From a virus (taxonomy: Duplodnaviria; Heunggongvirae; Uroviricota; Caudoviricetes): DNA of 64,000 nucleotides. Position 1 is the stretch's first letter, and every line of letters starts with the position of its first letter. The DNA lies in the IMG/VR virus record IMGVR_UViG_2645727811_000003, positions 1 through 64,000 of that record; one strand, written 5' to 3'. Position numbers and translations under genes: made by a program. Below, in pieces: positions 1 through 9,994 of this stretch. Under the pieces are notes generated by a model. The model was not told the origin of the DNA, did no database searches, and saw only the letters and a list, made by a program, of their open reading frames with translations.

Positions 1-2535
1 TCAAACGACACAAGAAAGGCAGCCTTCTTGCCCTGTATCCTTCGTTCTTGCATAGTAAAGTGTTTTGATTCCTTTATGGTGGGCATAAAGATCGATCCGG
101 TTCAGATCGCGTGTCGTCATTGTATCTTTCAGGAACAATGTAAAGCTTATGCCTTGGTCAACGTGCTGCTGAATCGTCGAGATCATGTCGACAACTCTAA
201 ACATGTCCATATCATACGCTTCTTTATAGTAGAACCAGTTGCTCGGCGCAAGTCCAGGCATCGGATAGTACGTCTTGGAGTTGCCGTAGGTTCTTTCTTC
301 AATCCGCTCCATGATCGGCATGACACCAGCTGTTGAAGATTGAACATATGAGATGCTTCCTGTAGGAGCTATTGCTTGTCTATAAGAATGATATAAGCCA
401 TACTTCATCACAGCTTGTTTAAGCTGCTTCCAATCTTCAATTGTAGGAATATGCTGATCTCCAAACAGTTTTTTTACCTTTTCGAACTTTGGACTAAAGC
501 TTTGTTCTTCGTATTTCTTGAAATACTCACCCGACTTGTATGTAGAATTTTCAAACTGGTAATATGTTTGCTCGGTCTCTTTGGCGATTTCCATTGAGCG
601 TTCAAGGGAATAAAAGTTCATCATCATAAAGAAAGTGTTGGCAAAATCTCTCGCTTCTTCGCTCTCATAGGCGATGCCACTTTGAGCTAGGAAACCATGT
701 AGATTCATTGCACCGAGTCCAACAGATCTCATAAACTGATTGGCCTTAGTAACTGCTGGCGCATTTGTAATATTGGTTTTATTTGATACATGAGTCAATG
801 CATCAATAGCTAATTTTACTGTATTCTTAATTGAATCGTTCTTCATTACGTTGAAAATATTGATCGAGCCTAGATTACATGAAATGTCCAAGCCAATTTC
901 GTCCTCTTCTCCGTAATCGGTGTAAGACGATACTTGGGAAGCCTGAAGGACTTCTGAACAGTTACCAGTTACAATTCCATTAAAAATTAGAGAATGATAA
1001 TCTTCTTGTGTTGTGTCATAGACATCCTCTACCCCATCTTTTTCAATGCTGATAATTTCGGCTGTGAAATCATGTTTTGGCTTTCGTGATTTTGCTTGCA
1101 ATGTTTCAGTCAACATGTTGAATTTGTACTTATCATATTCTTTCAAATTAACAATGCTCATGAACAATTCTCTCGACGCTCTGTCCTGAATACTAAGCTT
1201 GTGAGTTGGTTTAACTTTGTATAATTTGGAACCGCCCCGGCCATCAGGGAGAAGCTCCTGTGAGCGTTTGTTATTGGTATAAATGGTTGTATATACTCCC
1301 ATATTAATGAGTAACTTTTGCACATCTTGCAAACTCTCAAAATCAACTGATGTTAATTCAATTGTTAGTGCCTTCGCTTTATGATTGGCATTTACACAAC
1401 CATCCGTTTGAAACAATCCAGACAAATAAGCTGCTTGTGTTTCCTTGTCAGCTTGATATAAGAACTCTGGAACTCTTGTTTTTGTATCTTTTGTCATTCC
1501 ATATTTATTTAAAATGTCAAAGAGCACTGTACTAGACATAAATAATAAATCTTGTTTCTCTGGATCAGCAACATTAAATTTTGGAGTAAAAGAAGTGTTG
1601 TGCTTATAAACACGATTAATTTTATGTCTATTAATTACAAGATGAACACTCTCTTTAACCTTTTGTTCCAACACCTTTTTATTGTCATATAAATAAATCT
1701 TCGCTGTCTTATCTGTTATGGTTCCATCCCCAGCTATAATCCCCATGATATATGCGAGATCAGGTTCATGAATATTCCCATATGCCCCTTCACCTGACTG
1801 AATCAGTAGTTTGTCCCCCGGAACAAGTTGGTTAAGCTGAAGTTTCTGTATTTCGTTATTTCGTTTAACATAAAACTTGTGCCACTCTGTTGCTCTGATT
1901 TCAAATCCTTGCTTAGTTTTAACTTTAAAAACACCTGCGTCCTTTTTAGTTAGCTGCATAGGTATCGCATTCACAATTGAAGTCCCTTTGCAATCCTTGT
2001 CAAACCGTTTTGTCCGATTGTCAATAACGACCCTTAAATCTTTTTGACTTTTATAAAGATCTGAGGCTTTTTCGTACCCATTTTCGGTTAAAAGAAGAGT
2101 ATCTCCCGTCACACACAAGTTAGAAAATTTAACCTTTGAAATATGACTGTTCGCGTGGAATCGATTTACATTGTCGGCAAACATCAGGTAAGGATACCCC
2201 GACTCTGATCGTAACAACGCAAGCTTTTCTAATAGTTTGCGAGCGTTCGCTTTTTTCTTTCTGACTTTTGGATTTTCGACCAGTTTGTCATACATTTTTG
2301 CAATATCCATTTCGTCTAAATGTTGTCCGTATTCCTTATAAACTGAATAGGGGTAAAACATGTAGAAGTCTTTATCTTCCCTAGCAAGCTCAATAAATTT
2401 ATCCGGAATAACTACACCAATGGATAATGTTTTGGCTCTTACATCCTCATCCGCTGAGATTTTTTTTGTATCAAGGAAATCATTAATGTCTGGATGAAAA
2501 ACGTTAAGATAAGCAGCTCCTGAACCTTGTCTTTG
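1..2535 (-). CDS. nrdE: Class Ib ribonucleotide reductase alpha subunit NrdE, exon 2. It begins QRQGSGAAYLNVFHPD and contains an in-frame 385-aa intein. The ORF-track Met at 2361 is internal, not a start.
   Basis: Exon 1 ends ...AFRYADQMG (2785..3510). The frame resumes QRQGSGAAYLNVFHPD at 2535 and the host protein continues SNL|C...N|CSEVLQ. Stop TGA at 1..3. Confidence 0.85.
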   Translation of the reverse strand, partial: QRQGSGAAYLNVFHPDINDFLDTKKISADEDVRAKTLSIGVVIPDKFIELAREDKDFYMFYPYSVYKEYGQHLDEMDIAKMYDKLVENPKVRKKKANARKLLEKLALLRSESGYPYLMFADNVNRFHANSHISKVKFSNLCVTGDTLLLTENGYEKASDLYKSQKDLRVVIDNRTKRFDKDCKGTSIVNAIPMQLTKKDAGVFKVKTKQGFEIRATEWHKFYVKRNNEIQKLQLNQLVPGDKLLIQSGEGAYGNIHEPDLAYIMGIIAGDGTITDKTAKIYLYDNKKVLEQKVKESVHLVINRHKINRVYKHNTSFTPKFNVADPEKQDLLFMSSTVLFDILNKYGMTKDTKTRVPEFLYQADKETQAAYLSGLFQTDGCVNANHKAKALTIELTSVDFESLQDVQKLLINMGVYTTIYTNNKRSQELLPDGRGGSKLYKVKPTHKLSIQDRASRELFMSIVNLKEYDKYKFNMLTETLQAKSRKPKHDFTAEIISIEKDGVEDVYDTTQEDYHSLIFNGIVTGNCSEVLQASQVSSYTDYGEEDEIGLDISCNLGSINIFNVMKNDSIKNTVKLAIDALTHVSNKTNITNAPAVTKANQFMRSVGLGAMNLHGFLAQSGIAYESEEARDFANTFFMMMNFYSLERSMEIAKETEQTYYQFENSTYKSGEYFKKYEEQSFSPKFEKVKKLFGDQHIPTIEDWKQLKQAVMKYGLYHSYRQAIAPTGSISYVQSSTAGVMPIMERIEERTYGNSKTYYPMPGLAPSNWFYYKEAYDMDMFRVVDMISTIQQHVDQGISFTLFLKDTMTTRDLNRIDLYAHHKGIKTLYYARTKDTGQEGCLSCVV
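961..2115 (-). mobile_element. LAGLIDADG-type intein (385 aa) inserted at the NrdE active-site SNL|CSEV motif
   Basis: The intein starts CVTGDTLL directly after SNL and ends ...IVTGN, followed by CSEV. Two LAGLIDADG-like blocks are present: LAYIMGIIAGDGTI and AAYLSGLFQTDGCV. Confidence 0.8.
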
Positions 2536-2784
2536 CAGACTATTCGGACGTGTTCGCTACACACGCCCCGCCTTTCGGCTGCTTCGTGTTACCACGAAGA
2601 TTAGACTATATCTTCATCCCATTGGAATGCCTCCTGTTTCGGCTACCAATCGCTTGTAGCCTACGGCTTTTGCCTAGTCGTTGAACGTTCCTCAAATGAG
2701 GCTTCGCTGCTGATTGTCCTATAAGGAGTTCCCAGCAATTAAAGAGGTTTTCGATCGCCATTGCTGACGAAAGGGGCCAAATTA
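2536..2784 (-). ncRNA. Group I self-splicing intron (~249 nt, no ORF) interrupting nrdE
   Basis: Exon 1 ends GGT (U at the 5' splice site) and the intron ends in G before CAA AGA CAA GG (QRQG). The segment is GC-rich, has no ORF, and separates two halves of one conserved NrdE sequence. Confidence 0.7.
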
Positions 2785-3510
2785 ACCCATCTGGTCTGCA
2801 TATCGAAAAGCGTTATCGAGCAGTTTCATTACACCTACAACGCCTTTTGTAGCATTCTCAACTTTTTTAATTGGTTCTCCCTTTGCTCTAATCTTGCTTA
2901 AATTAAGCGCGACTCCGCCTCCGAGTTTAGAAAGCTGCATTGAAATATCTATAGCTCTTGAAATATCATTCAATGAATCATTGACTTCAAGTAAGAAACA
3001 ACTGACCATCTCGCCTCTTCTTTTACGCCCAGCGTTAAGAAATGTAGGTGTAGATGGTTGATATTCCTGTTTCATCATAAGCGATGTATATTCTTTAGCT
3101 TTTTCAATATCTCCATTGGCAAAAAACAAAGCAACAATACCCACTCGATCTTCATATCGCTCAAGAATTTTCGTTTTATCGTTTGTCTTCAAGGCATAGT
3201 CATTGTAAAACTTAAAAGCGCTCATGAATGAAGGGAATCTGAATTTGAAGCTATACGCCAATTTGAACACTTCTTTAATTTGTTCAAATGTATATTTGCT
3301 TAAAAACTCTTCTTCGTAATAATCATTCTCTAAAAGATAGTCCAGTTTTTCTTTGAGATCGTGAAAGAAGACAGTGTTTTGATTAACATAGTCAACAAAA
3401 TAACTGTGTACAGCTTCCCTGTCCTTCTCGAATTGAAACTTCCCGTCTTTTTGAATCATAATTTCGTTATTCAGTTGAACCCACTTTGGCACCTGATTGA
3501 TTACTGTCAA
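2785..3510 (-). CDS. nrdE: NrdE exon 1 (N-terminal ATP-cone/ClassIb N-terminal region)
   Basis: MTVINQVPKWVQLNNEIMIQKDGKFQF... matches a class Ib NrdE N-terminus and ends YADQMG. The in-frame TAA at 2782..2784 lies inside the intron. Confidence 0.85.
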
Positions 3511-3868
3511 TAAACTTAACCTCCTGTATTAACTTGTCCAAGTCTGAATCTGATCCACTTAATTCAAACTTAAGAAGTAGTGGTACTTGATAATGTTGTG
3601 AGAGTTTATCTGCAGCCGCAGCATAATAGCTTCCCCAATTTCGATTCCCACTTGAACAAACCCCGTACAAAAAATCTTTATTATTATGTATAAACTTCTG
3701 AGTTTTTTCAGGAATTTGCCCGAATTTAATTGTGTATGTAATATGTATGAATGGCTCATCAACCTTTAAATCCTCAGTGATTTCCATAGTTTTAATTTGC
3801 ATTTTTTGCTCAAACTTTCTTACAAATCTTCTAACATTACCTGTCATGCTTTCATATGTAACAAGCAT
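3467..3868 (-). CDS. nrdI: NrdI flavodoxin-like protein (class Ib RNR activator)
   Basis: 133 aa, MLVTYESMTGNVRRFV..., in the conserved nrdI-nrdE order; its 3' end overlaps the nrdE start. Confidence 0.8.
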   Translation of the reverse strand: MLVTYESMTGNVRRFVRKFEQKMQIKTMEITEDLKVDEPFIHITYTIKFGQIPEKTQKFIHNNKDFLYGVCSSGNRNWGSYYAAAADKLSQHYQVPLLLKFELSGSDSDLDKLIQEVKFIDSNQSGAKVGSTE

Positions 3869-4215
3869 TATTCGTTTATACTTCCTGAAACAAATTTCTC
3901 TGTGATTTCTTCTGCTTGATTTTCCGCAGAAAACCCGGTGCTTGCCTCTTCTAAATTAATTGCAGCCATTTCTTGATATCCTTTTGCCATTGACTCGTAT
4001 AATGAAGCATCCTTAAATTGTTTGACTTCGACATATTTGTTCCTGTAGCTTTTAGGTACTACGTATTGCTCTCCTTTTGGATTGGTGGCCACAAGCTCTC
4101 CCACTGCTACAGGGACAGAATAGCCTTCCGGTGTATGTATTGTCATATTACTTTTAGCTTCTTCAATGCTCACAAGTTGATCTTTTTTCACATACAGTTT
4201 TTTAGCAGCACCCAT
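3868..4215 (-). CDS. hypothetical protein (115 aa)
   Basis: ORF tightly packed upstream of nrdI. Confidence 0.5.
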   Translation of the reverse strand: MGAAKKLYVKKDQLVSIEEAKSNMTIHTPEGYSVPVAVGELVATNPKGEQYVVPKSYRNKYVEVKQFKDASLYESMAKGYQEMAAINLEEASTGFSAENQAEEITEKFVSGSINE

Positions 4216-4267
4216 AATCCTTCCTCCTTATATCACTTTTAATTAGTATATAAAATTATGATTTTAT

Positions 4268-4474
4268 TTAGATTATTAGAATCCAATCACCATTTTTGAT
4301 ATATTGATCCACATTCGTCTTTGTGTAAATAAAAGCTTCATCATACATGTTATTAGTTACATCGTACAAATCAGAGTTACCTCTTCTTTTTGCTTCGAAA
4401 ACAGTTCTACTGAAATCAGCATCAGAATTTGAGAGTATCTTTTCTGACAGTTTAAATTTGAAATCATTGCTCAT
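4268..4474 (-). CDS. hypothetical small protein (68 aa)
   Basis: ORF track; co-oriented. Confidence 0.35.
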   Translation of the reverse strand: MSNDFKFKLSEKILSNSDADFSRTVFEAKRRGNSDLYDVTNNMYDEAFIYTKTNVDQYIKNGDWILII

Positions 4475-5052
4475 AAACAGTCCCCTCTCACTCCCCCATA
4501 TTAAGTACAGTTCTTAACTCCTCTATCAGTACTGAAACTTCGCGGCTATAATCATCAAATTTAAGGTTTACATATTCTCCGTTTGGTTTTACGATAAGTT
4601 TCCCTTGTGGATGTGTATTGTCTGAGTCTTTGTGTATTTTCAGTCTAGCTTCAAGTTCCATGATCATCCCTCCTGGTTTATTGGAGTTCTTTCACCTCAT
4701 GTGGTACTCCACTTTCCTCCTGAGCAACTACAGCATCTTTATGAGCTTCAATTACATCGTCATAAGTGCTAACAAGCGATCCCATAACATATAAACCAAA
4801 TTTTTTATTCATTTTCATCATCCTTTTAGTTTATTTTTGTGAATCTCTTAATCTCTTTACCATCAACAACCACTTTTCCAAAGAACATGTCTTTAGGTCT
4901 TGCCCAAAGAACTCCGTCATGGTCTTCATATGTAACCAGCTTTTCTTCTGTTTCAGTGTGAATAACCTCTCCAATAACCTTGTAAATGCCACCTTTATAG
5001 TGTTTAAAATGACATCCGATAAAATCAAATGTGTCTATTGTAGTTTTCCTCC

Positions 5053-5244
5053 TTAAACTTCCTCTAAATGCAACACAAGAACATTTTTATATGGATCTAA
5101 TTGAATCTCATCCCTTGCTTCTTCACCATCAATCCTGAAGTTAACTGGTGTGTCGCCGTAAAAATCAAGTTGATCTTGTAATGCTTTAATTACATCACTT
5201 ACTTTTGGGTTAATTAACTTGCCATTAATCTCATCATAAGCCAC
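5053..5244 (-). CDS. hypothetical small acidic protein (63 aa)
   Basis: ORF track. Confidence 0.35.
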   Translation of the reverse strand: MAYDEINGKLINPKVSDVIKALQDQLDFYGDTPVNFRIDGEEARDEIQLDPYKNVLVLHLEEV

Positions 5245-5302
5245 GGGCTTTCCTCCTCTTTCTTTAAAATCATCCTTTTATTTAAACTATGTAGGGCACT
5301 AA

Positions 5303-5989
5303 TCACTCATATTCTGGGTTGGCAAAGCTCGTCTGATAATTATCGATAATCAACTTTGATTTACGAGTCCACATTTTGAAAATAGTTGCATCTGCGCCAC
5401 ATAATCCACCCATGATTGTCTTATTATCAAAAGTCTTATCACCAATTTCTGCACGTGTGATTGTTAAATCGTCATCAAGTGTTAATCGATATTTGCATCT
5501 GTACCAATCTTGGTCTCCTTCTGGATCGATATAAATGTATTTACCACCATATTTATTTTCAACAATTACAGTGATATCTTTGTAATCATCATAATTCAAT
5601 TCATTAAGTTCACAATCGTACTCTACAATTTCATTGATAAGTTCTGACAGCTTGTATTCTTCTTTTGCAGTACCCAAAATATCTCGGACACTTTCTTGAA
5701 TACGTCTTCCCCCTTCCTCATGGACAGATCGCTCTAATTCATCTCTTATGATATTTACAATAACTTGGTTGTAAGATGGAATATCCAAACTTTCTAAATT
5801 AAATTGTATCTGATCTTGAACTTGCTGCTTCAATTCTTTCCCAAAGTCACTCCAACTTTTAAAAGAATCTTTAATAATATCTTGAATGGTTTCTTCAAGT
5901 TGCTTCCTTACAATTTTCTCAACGTATCCTTGATCTTTTAATTCTGTAAGAGTGTCATTTATAATTAAATTTAAATCCATTTTCATCAC
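5303..5989 (-). CDS. hypothetical protein (228 aa)
   Basis: ORF track; acidic, no recognisable motif. Confidence 0.5.
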   Translation of the reverse strand: MMKMDLNLIINDTLTELKDQGYVEKIVRKQLEETIQDIIKDSFKSWSDFGKELKQQVQDQIQFNLESLDIPSYNQVIVNIIRDELERSVHEEGGRRIQESVRDILGTAKEEYKLSELINEIVEYDCELNELNYDDYKDITVIVENKYGGKYIYIDPEGDQDWYRCKYRLTLDDDLTITRAEIGDKTFDNKTIMGGLCGADATIFKMWTRKSKLIIDNYQTSFANPEYE

Positions 5990-6147
5990 CCTTTTTGTTT
6001 TTTAGTTAAAATAAAACTTTTGACCAGCTATCTTCGACGGCATAGTAACCACCTTTATTTCATCCACTGTTTCTCCAGATGGACTCTTTTTAAAAATAAT
6101 CGTAGCAGAATCTTTTATATTCACATTCGACATTTATTCAGCTCCTT

Positions 6148-6537
6148 TCACCTTCTCATGCTTACACTGCCACCCGCGTCTACACTTCCGCCTACAGTTC
6201 CACAACGGACACTTCCCCCAGCATCTACATTCCCTTTAACATTGCCGCAATTTACACTTCCTCCAGAATCAACGTCACCTAAAACATCACCCTTTACTTC
6301 AACAGAAGCATCAGAATAAACTTTTGCGGGATTGCCTTCAATTTTAATCTTAACCACTCCAGATACAGAGTTCTCTACAGCCTTCCCATCAATAAGAACT
6401 TCGTTATTGGTTATCGTAATGCTATTTCCTTCATATGTAACCCCATTAATATTGACCTTACCGTTACCGCTAATGAATGTGCTTGTTTTACCTCTACTGA
6501 ATAAATTCAAAAATCTCACCTCCTTAAAATCAAACAT
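6148..6537 (-). CDS. bactofilin-like beta-helix repeat protein (129 aa)
   Basis: Repeating G-x-V/S-x-G beta-helical strands (GNVKGNVDAGGSVRCGTVGGSVDAGGSV) typical of polymer-forming bactofilin/DUF583 proteins. Confidence 0.5.
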   Translation of the reverse strand: MFDFKEVRFLNLFSRGKTSTFISGNGKVNINGVTYEGNSITITNNEVLIDGKAVENSVSGVVKIKIEGNPAKVYSDASVEVKGDVLGDVDSGGSVNCGNVKGNVDAGGSVRCGTVGGSVDAGGSVSMRR

Positions 6538-6768
6538 CCGCTTCTGCTATGATTTTCTTGATTGCTTTAATGAACAAGTCAAGTGCTGCCTTATCACTCA
6601 TTGTCTCTCTATTTACTTCAATATGGTGCACAGCAATTTTTAATTTATCTTTCATACTCCCTCTTCCCTTCTCAATAAAATTTGAATTTCATTCAAAACT
6701 TTGTTTACATTTGTCGTTATATGCGCTTGCCTGGGAAATTTCAAAGGGGAATAACTCCCCTATTTCCC

Positions 6769-7620
6769 TTATTTCTTTTCATCCATTGGAAGCTGAATCA
6801 TTGAATTCGATCCTGTCGCTTTAGGCATTTTTCCGTCCCATTTTTGGATCCATTGATACTTGATCATTTCATCTGACATCGATTTTTTAATAATTTCATT
6901 ATACTCGGCAATACCTTGGGCTTCGATCTTTTTCTTTTTGGCTTCTGCTTCTGCAATCTTGATTTCTGTTTGTGACCGCTCAAGTTCTTGAGATGATTTT
7001 ACCCGAGCATCGATAGCTTCTTGGGTTGCTTTATCTGGTTTGGGTACACCAAGTGTAAGATCATCAATAATAAAACCATACTTCTTCATATCCTTCGCAA
7101 ATTCTTTTTGTACTTCTGCTGCAGCATCGGCTGACTTTTGTCCATATGTATCAATAACTGAGTATTTCGAGATTGATTTTCTTGCTGCGTCCCATAAACG
7201 CGTTTTCAGATATGTATTTTCGATTTGTTCAACATCAACAGCGCCAAACTTATTGAATACATCAACAACTTTGTCAGGCTGCACCACATAGTTATAAGCA
7301 ATGTCCATGGAAATATTTTTCCCATCAGATGTTGCTACTTTGATGTCTTCATTGTTTACTGTCTGCATTCGAACCGGATACTCTGTTACTTTGTCAAATA
7401 GACCTACCAAGTGCCAGCCCTGATCTAAAGTTGTATCTTTTACTCCTCCATTTGGTGAATAAACAACACCCACATATCCATTAGGGATTTTTTCAATAAA
7501 CAACGAGGCTGTAAAACCACCAATCAAAAGTCCAGCTCCCACAATAATTCCACCGATTAATTTCTTATTCATTTTTATCATCCTCCAAAACGTTTTTAAG
7601 TTTACTAGCTTTATCACCAA
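6769..7620 (-). CDS. SPFH/band-7 (prohibitin/HflC-like) membrane protein
   Basis: N-terminal TM helix, then an SPFH core (GYVGVVYSPNGG...), then a C-terminal coiled coil rich in E/K/A. Confidence 0.65.
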   Translation of the reverse strand: MVIKLVNLKTFWRMIKMNKKLIGGIIVGAGLLIGGFTASLFIEKIPNGYVGVVYSPNGGVKDTTLDQGWHLVGLFDKVTEYPVRMQTVNNEDIKVATSDGKNISMDIAYNYVVQPDKVVDVFNKFGAVDVEQIENTYLKTRLWDAARKSISKYSVIDTYGQKSADAAAEVQKEFAKDMKKYGFIIDDLTLGVPKPDKATQEAIDARVKSSQELERSQTEIKIAEAEAKKKKIEAQGIAEYNEIIKKSMSDEMIKYQWIQKWDGKMPKATGSNSMIQLPMDEKK

Positions 7621-7710
7621 TCTTGCTAAAAGTCGGGCTCAACATAAGCCATACGCCAAACCCTATAATGAGTAGCAATATGATCGAACCAATGACTACC
7701 TTAACCCTAA

Positions 7711-7941
7711 TCACTCCCTTAACCTTCTTTTAATTGATTTGTTTAGATCCAAATGGTTTAAAGTTTTCTTTATAGTCATTCCTTTGCACTCTTTTTTAAC
7801 TCTTTTGAAAAGAACCTCACCACATCTCTTGCAGCAATTGATTTCAATTTTGTCCTCTGCTGTTCTTACTTTCTCTTCAGAAATCCTTATACATAATGGT
7901 TGAGTTGTATAGAGACTGCAGATATCGCATATGTAGTTCAT
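7711..7941 (-). CDS. small zinc-ribbon protein (76 aa)
   Basis: CDIC...CCKRCG cysteine pairs; a sigma-A-like promoter lies immediately upstream (7965..7993). Confidence 0.45.
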   Translation of the reverse strand: MNYICDICSLYTTQPLCIRISEEKVRTAEDKIEINCCKRCGEVLFKRVKKECKGMTIKKTLNHLDLNKSIKRRLRE

Positions 7942-7964
7942 AAATACCTCTTCATTATGAAAGT

Positions 7965-7993
7965 ATTATATACTTTTAATTTGTGTTTGTCTA
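7965..7993 (-). promoter_or_regulatory. sigma-A-like promoter: TAGACA, 17-nt spacer AACACAAATTAAAAGTA, TATAAT
   Basis: Read directly on the minus strand upstream of the 7941 start. Confidence 0.5.
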
Positions 7994-8000
7994 TAAAAAA

Positions 8001-8210
8001 TTAAGAAATGTCGTTTTTAATTTCTTTGATTTTCATAAGTGCAAAAATCAAATCCATGTCAGTACGTTCCCAGGTTTCATCAGAAATTGTGTTCTCTAAA
8101 TATGTATACAGCTCATCAAGACGGGCTTCAATTACCTCTAGGTTGTCAATTATGAATCTATTAAGATAGCTGATGCTGTCCCCTCCAATCAATATGTATG
8201 GATGATCCAA
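8001..8210 (-). CDS. hypothetical small protein (69 aa)
   Basis: ORF track. Confidence 0.35.
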   Translation of the reverse strand: MDHPYILIGGDSISYLNRFIIDNLEVIEARLDELYTYLENTISDETWERTDMDLIFALMKIKEIKNDIS

Positions 8211-8497
8211 CTGTTCACAAGCTTATGATCTTGTGTTCGCTCTTGGATCTCACAATTAAATGCTCTTCTTCTGTTTATGTATGCAATAGCTTTCTGTTTA
8301 GTTGGAAACTTAAGATTAACCCTTGTTCCATTCCATAATACTCTAAAATAATTCTCTCCCAAATTCACTTACCTTTCTCTTTTATAGTCTGTTTAAAATT
8401 GATATTTTATTCAGTTTCACAAACACTTCACACATTACTAAATTTTTACATGATATACTAGACTTGTAACTCAATCAAAACCTAGGGGGTAAATCTT

Positions 8498-8842
8498 ATG
8501 AATAAGTTTTACAAAGGATTGATTGTTTCAGCATTATCTATTTCTTCATTAGCTCTTCCAGCGCTGACAAATCAAGCATATGCCCAAGAGCCAGCACAAA
8601 TTAAACAAGTTGTAAAACCTGCCGATGCCATTGGAACAGTAGATTTCCATATGCTAAGGAATTCTAATGTTTTGTTGTTAAATGGCTATACAAGATGGGA
8701 AATAGTTTCTGGTAGCCATCTTATTAGCATAAGCCCTGGTGGTGTCGTATCTTCCCATTCTTCACTCGGTACAGCATTGGTTTATGCTTATGATATCAAT
8801 GATAACTATGTGATTTATAAGATTACTGTAGAACCTCGATAA
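8498..8842 (+). CDS. secreted protein with Sec signal peptide (114 aa)
   Basis: RBS GGGGGT, then MNKFYKGLIVSALSISSLALPALTNQAYA signal peptide; followed by a terminator. Confidence 0.6.
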   Translation: MNKFYKGLIVSALSISSLALPALTNQAYAQEPAQIKQVVKPADAIGTVDFHMLRNSNVLLLNGYTRWEIVSGSHLISISPGGVVSSHSSLGTALVYAYDINDNYVIYKITVEPR

Positions 8843-8851
8843 ATTCTTGGT

Positions 8852-8880
8852 AAAAGGAGTGATTATTCACTCCTTTTTTA
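8852..8880. terminator. bidirectional rho-independent terminator between convergent genes
   Basis: Hairpin AAAAGGAGTG-attatt-CACTCCTTTT with a T-run. Confidence 0.6.
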
Positions 8881-9451
8881 TACGCCTAATTACAAAGTTA
8901 ATAACGTCATCCTGAGACAAATAAGCCGTATCAATCTCGATGATTTTCATACTTCCCTTTTCAAACCAATCAACATATTCTTTTAATTTGTTTATGTATT
9001 TATAATAAGCGCCTTGTTGCTTTAATGACTCTTCTACACTTTCTTCCACTTGCCCAAACTGAATCTTATCTCTGTTTAGTCTTTCTTTTAAAACTTCCTT
9101 ATTCGATACCGTAAAAAAGAAAATGTAAATATCATCATCCAGTGTGGGCAGCAGTTTACAAAGACTCTTAAATTTTTGATGAAAATCATATTCCTTATAT
9201 AGGGATGAGAACACCATCTCCGTTGGGAAGAAACGATCCAATATCGTTGTATAATCGTTTACTCTTGCCTTCCATTTGTATAAGAGGTCGAATATTCCTT
9301 CGTAATAATTTGAAATCTTAGCAAGTCCCTTATCACCATCTTCATGAAATCCTGTTGGATTAATCAATGTACTATGCTTCAACCGTTGCCTAAGTTTATA
9401 TGCAACTGAAGACTTTCCAGTCCCCCTGGCTCCCTCTAAAATTATTAGCAT
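8867..9451 (-). CDS. P-loop (deoxy)nucleotide/nucleoside kinase-like protein
   Basis: Walker A ILEGARGTGKSS near the N-terminus, as in the dNMP/thymidylate kinase fold; 194 aa. Confidence 0.5.
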   Translation of the reverse strand: MLIILEGARGTGKSSVAYKLRQRLKHSTLINPTGFHEDGDKGLAKISNYYEGIFDLLYKWKARVNDYTTILDRFFPTEMVFSSLYKEYDFHQKFKSLCKLLPTLDDDIYIFFFTVSNKEVLKERLNRDKIQFGQVEESVEESLKQQGAYYKYINKLKEYVDWFEKGSMKIIEIDTAYLSQDDVINFVIRRIKKE

Positions 9452-9774
9452 TCATCCACCTCCCTTCTGACTTTGTGCCATCCCAATACTTCATAAGATC
9501 CATCTTCATATTGAACTTCTACTTGATGATATCGTTCATCCACTGTTTTTACAGTTGCTTTTTCACCGGAGAGATTAACAATTACCTTCTCATCGACTTT
9601 ATACAAACCAATCAACTCCTTTTAATTACTGTAATAAGATGAGATCTTTATCCTCAAAATCATATTCCTCATAACCGATACCATCAAACTCAATACCAAC
9701 TCTTTTATTCTCATAATCTATGTAAGAGACAACGCCTGTCCCCATTTCATCTACAAAAGCCTTTTGATTCAATC

Positions 9775-9990
9775 TCAATATGTATCACTCACTTTATGTA
9801 TTAAATTCAATTCTGATTCTTTGTATCTCCCAATCTCACCGTTGTAATGAAGTACATCATAATCATATTGCCAGCTGTTTACCTTAGCAATGATAACGCC
9901 CTTAAGTCCAACAAATGAAGGCATACCATACTTTGCATTACTATTAATTTCTACTTCATCATTCACATTGTAAGTCCAATACTTTGGCAA
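9775..9990 (-). CDS. hypothetical small protein (71 aa)
   Basis: ORF track. Confidence 0.4.
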   Translation of the reverse strand: MPKYWTYNVNDEVEINSNAKYGMPSFVGLKGVIIAKVNSWQYDYDVLHYNGEIGRYKESELNLIHKVSDTY

Positions 9991-9994
9991 TCAA

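Noticed and set aside
28-336. Plus-strand ORFs antisense to long minus-strand genes (e.g. 28..336, 415..597, 14781..15050, 17817..18038, 37455..37727, 53418..53777)
   Set aside because: They lie entirely inside well-supported minus-strand genes, lack an RBS, and have low-complexity composition typical of antisense frames.
1-2361. Treating the 786-aa ORF as a complete gene starting at MFYPYS
   Set aside because: The frame stays open upstream to 2535 and encodes conserved NrdE sequence (QRQGSGAAYLNVFHPD), so the Met is internal and the gene is exon 2 of nrdE.
3559-3762. 67-aa ORF inside nrdI
   Set aside because: It is an alternative frame nested in the nrdI coding region with no support.
6020-6319. 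Pro/Thr-rich repeat ORF (LPPASTLPP...)
   Set aside because: It is the antisense translation of the glycine-rich beta-helix gene on the minus strand. The repeat is a mirror artefact.
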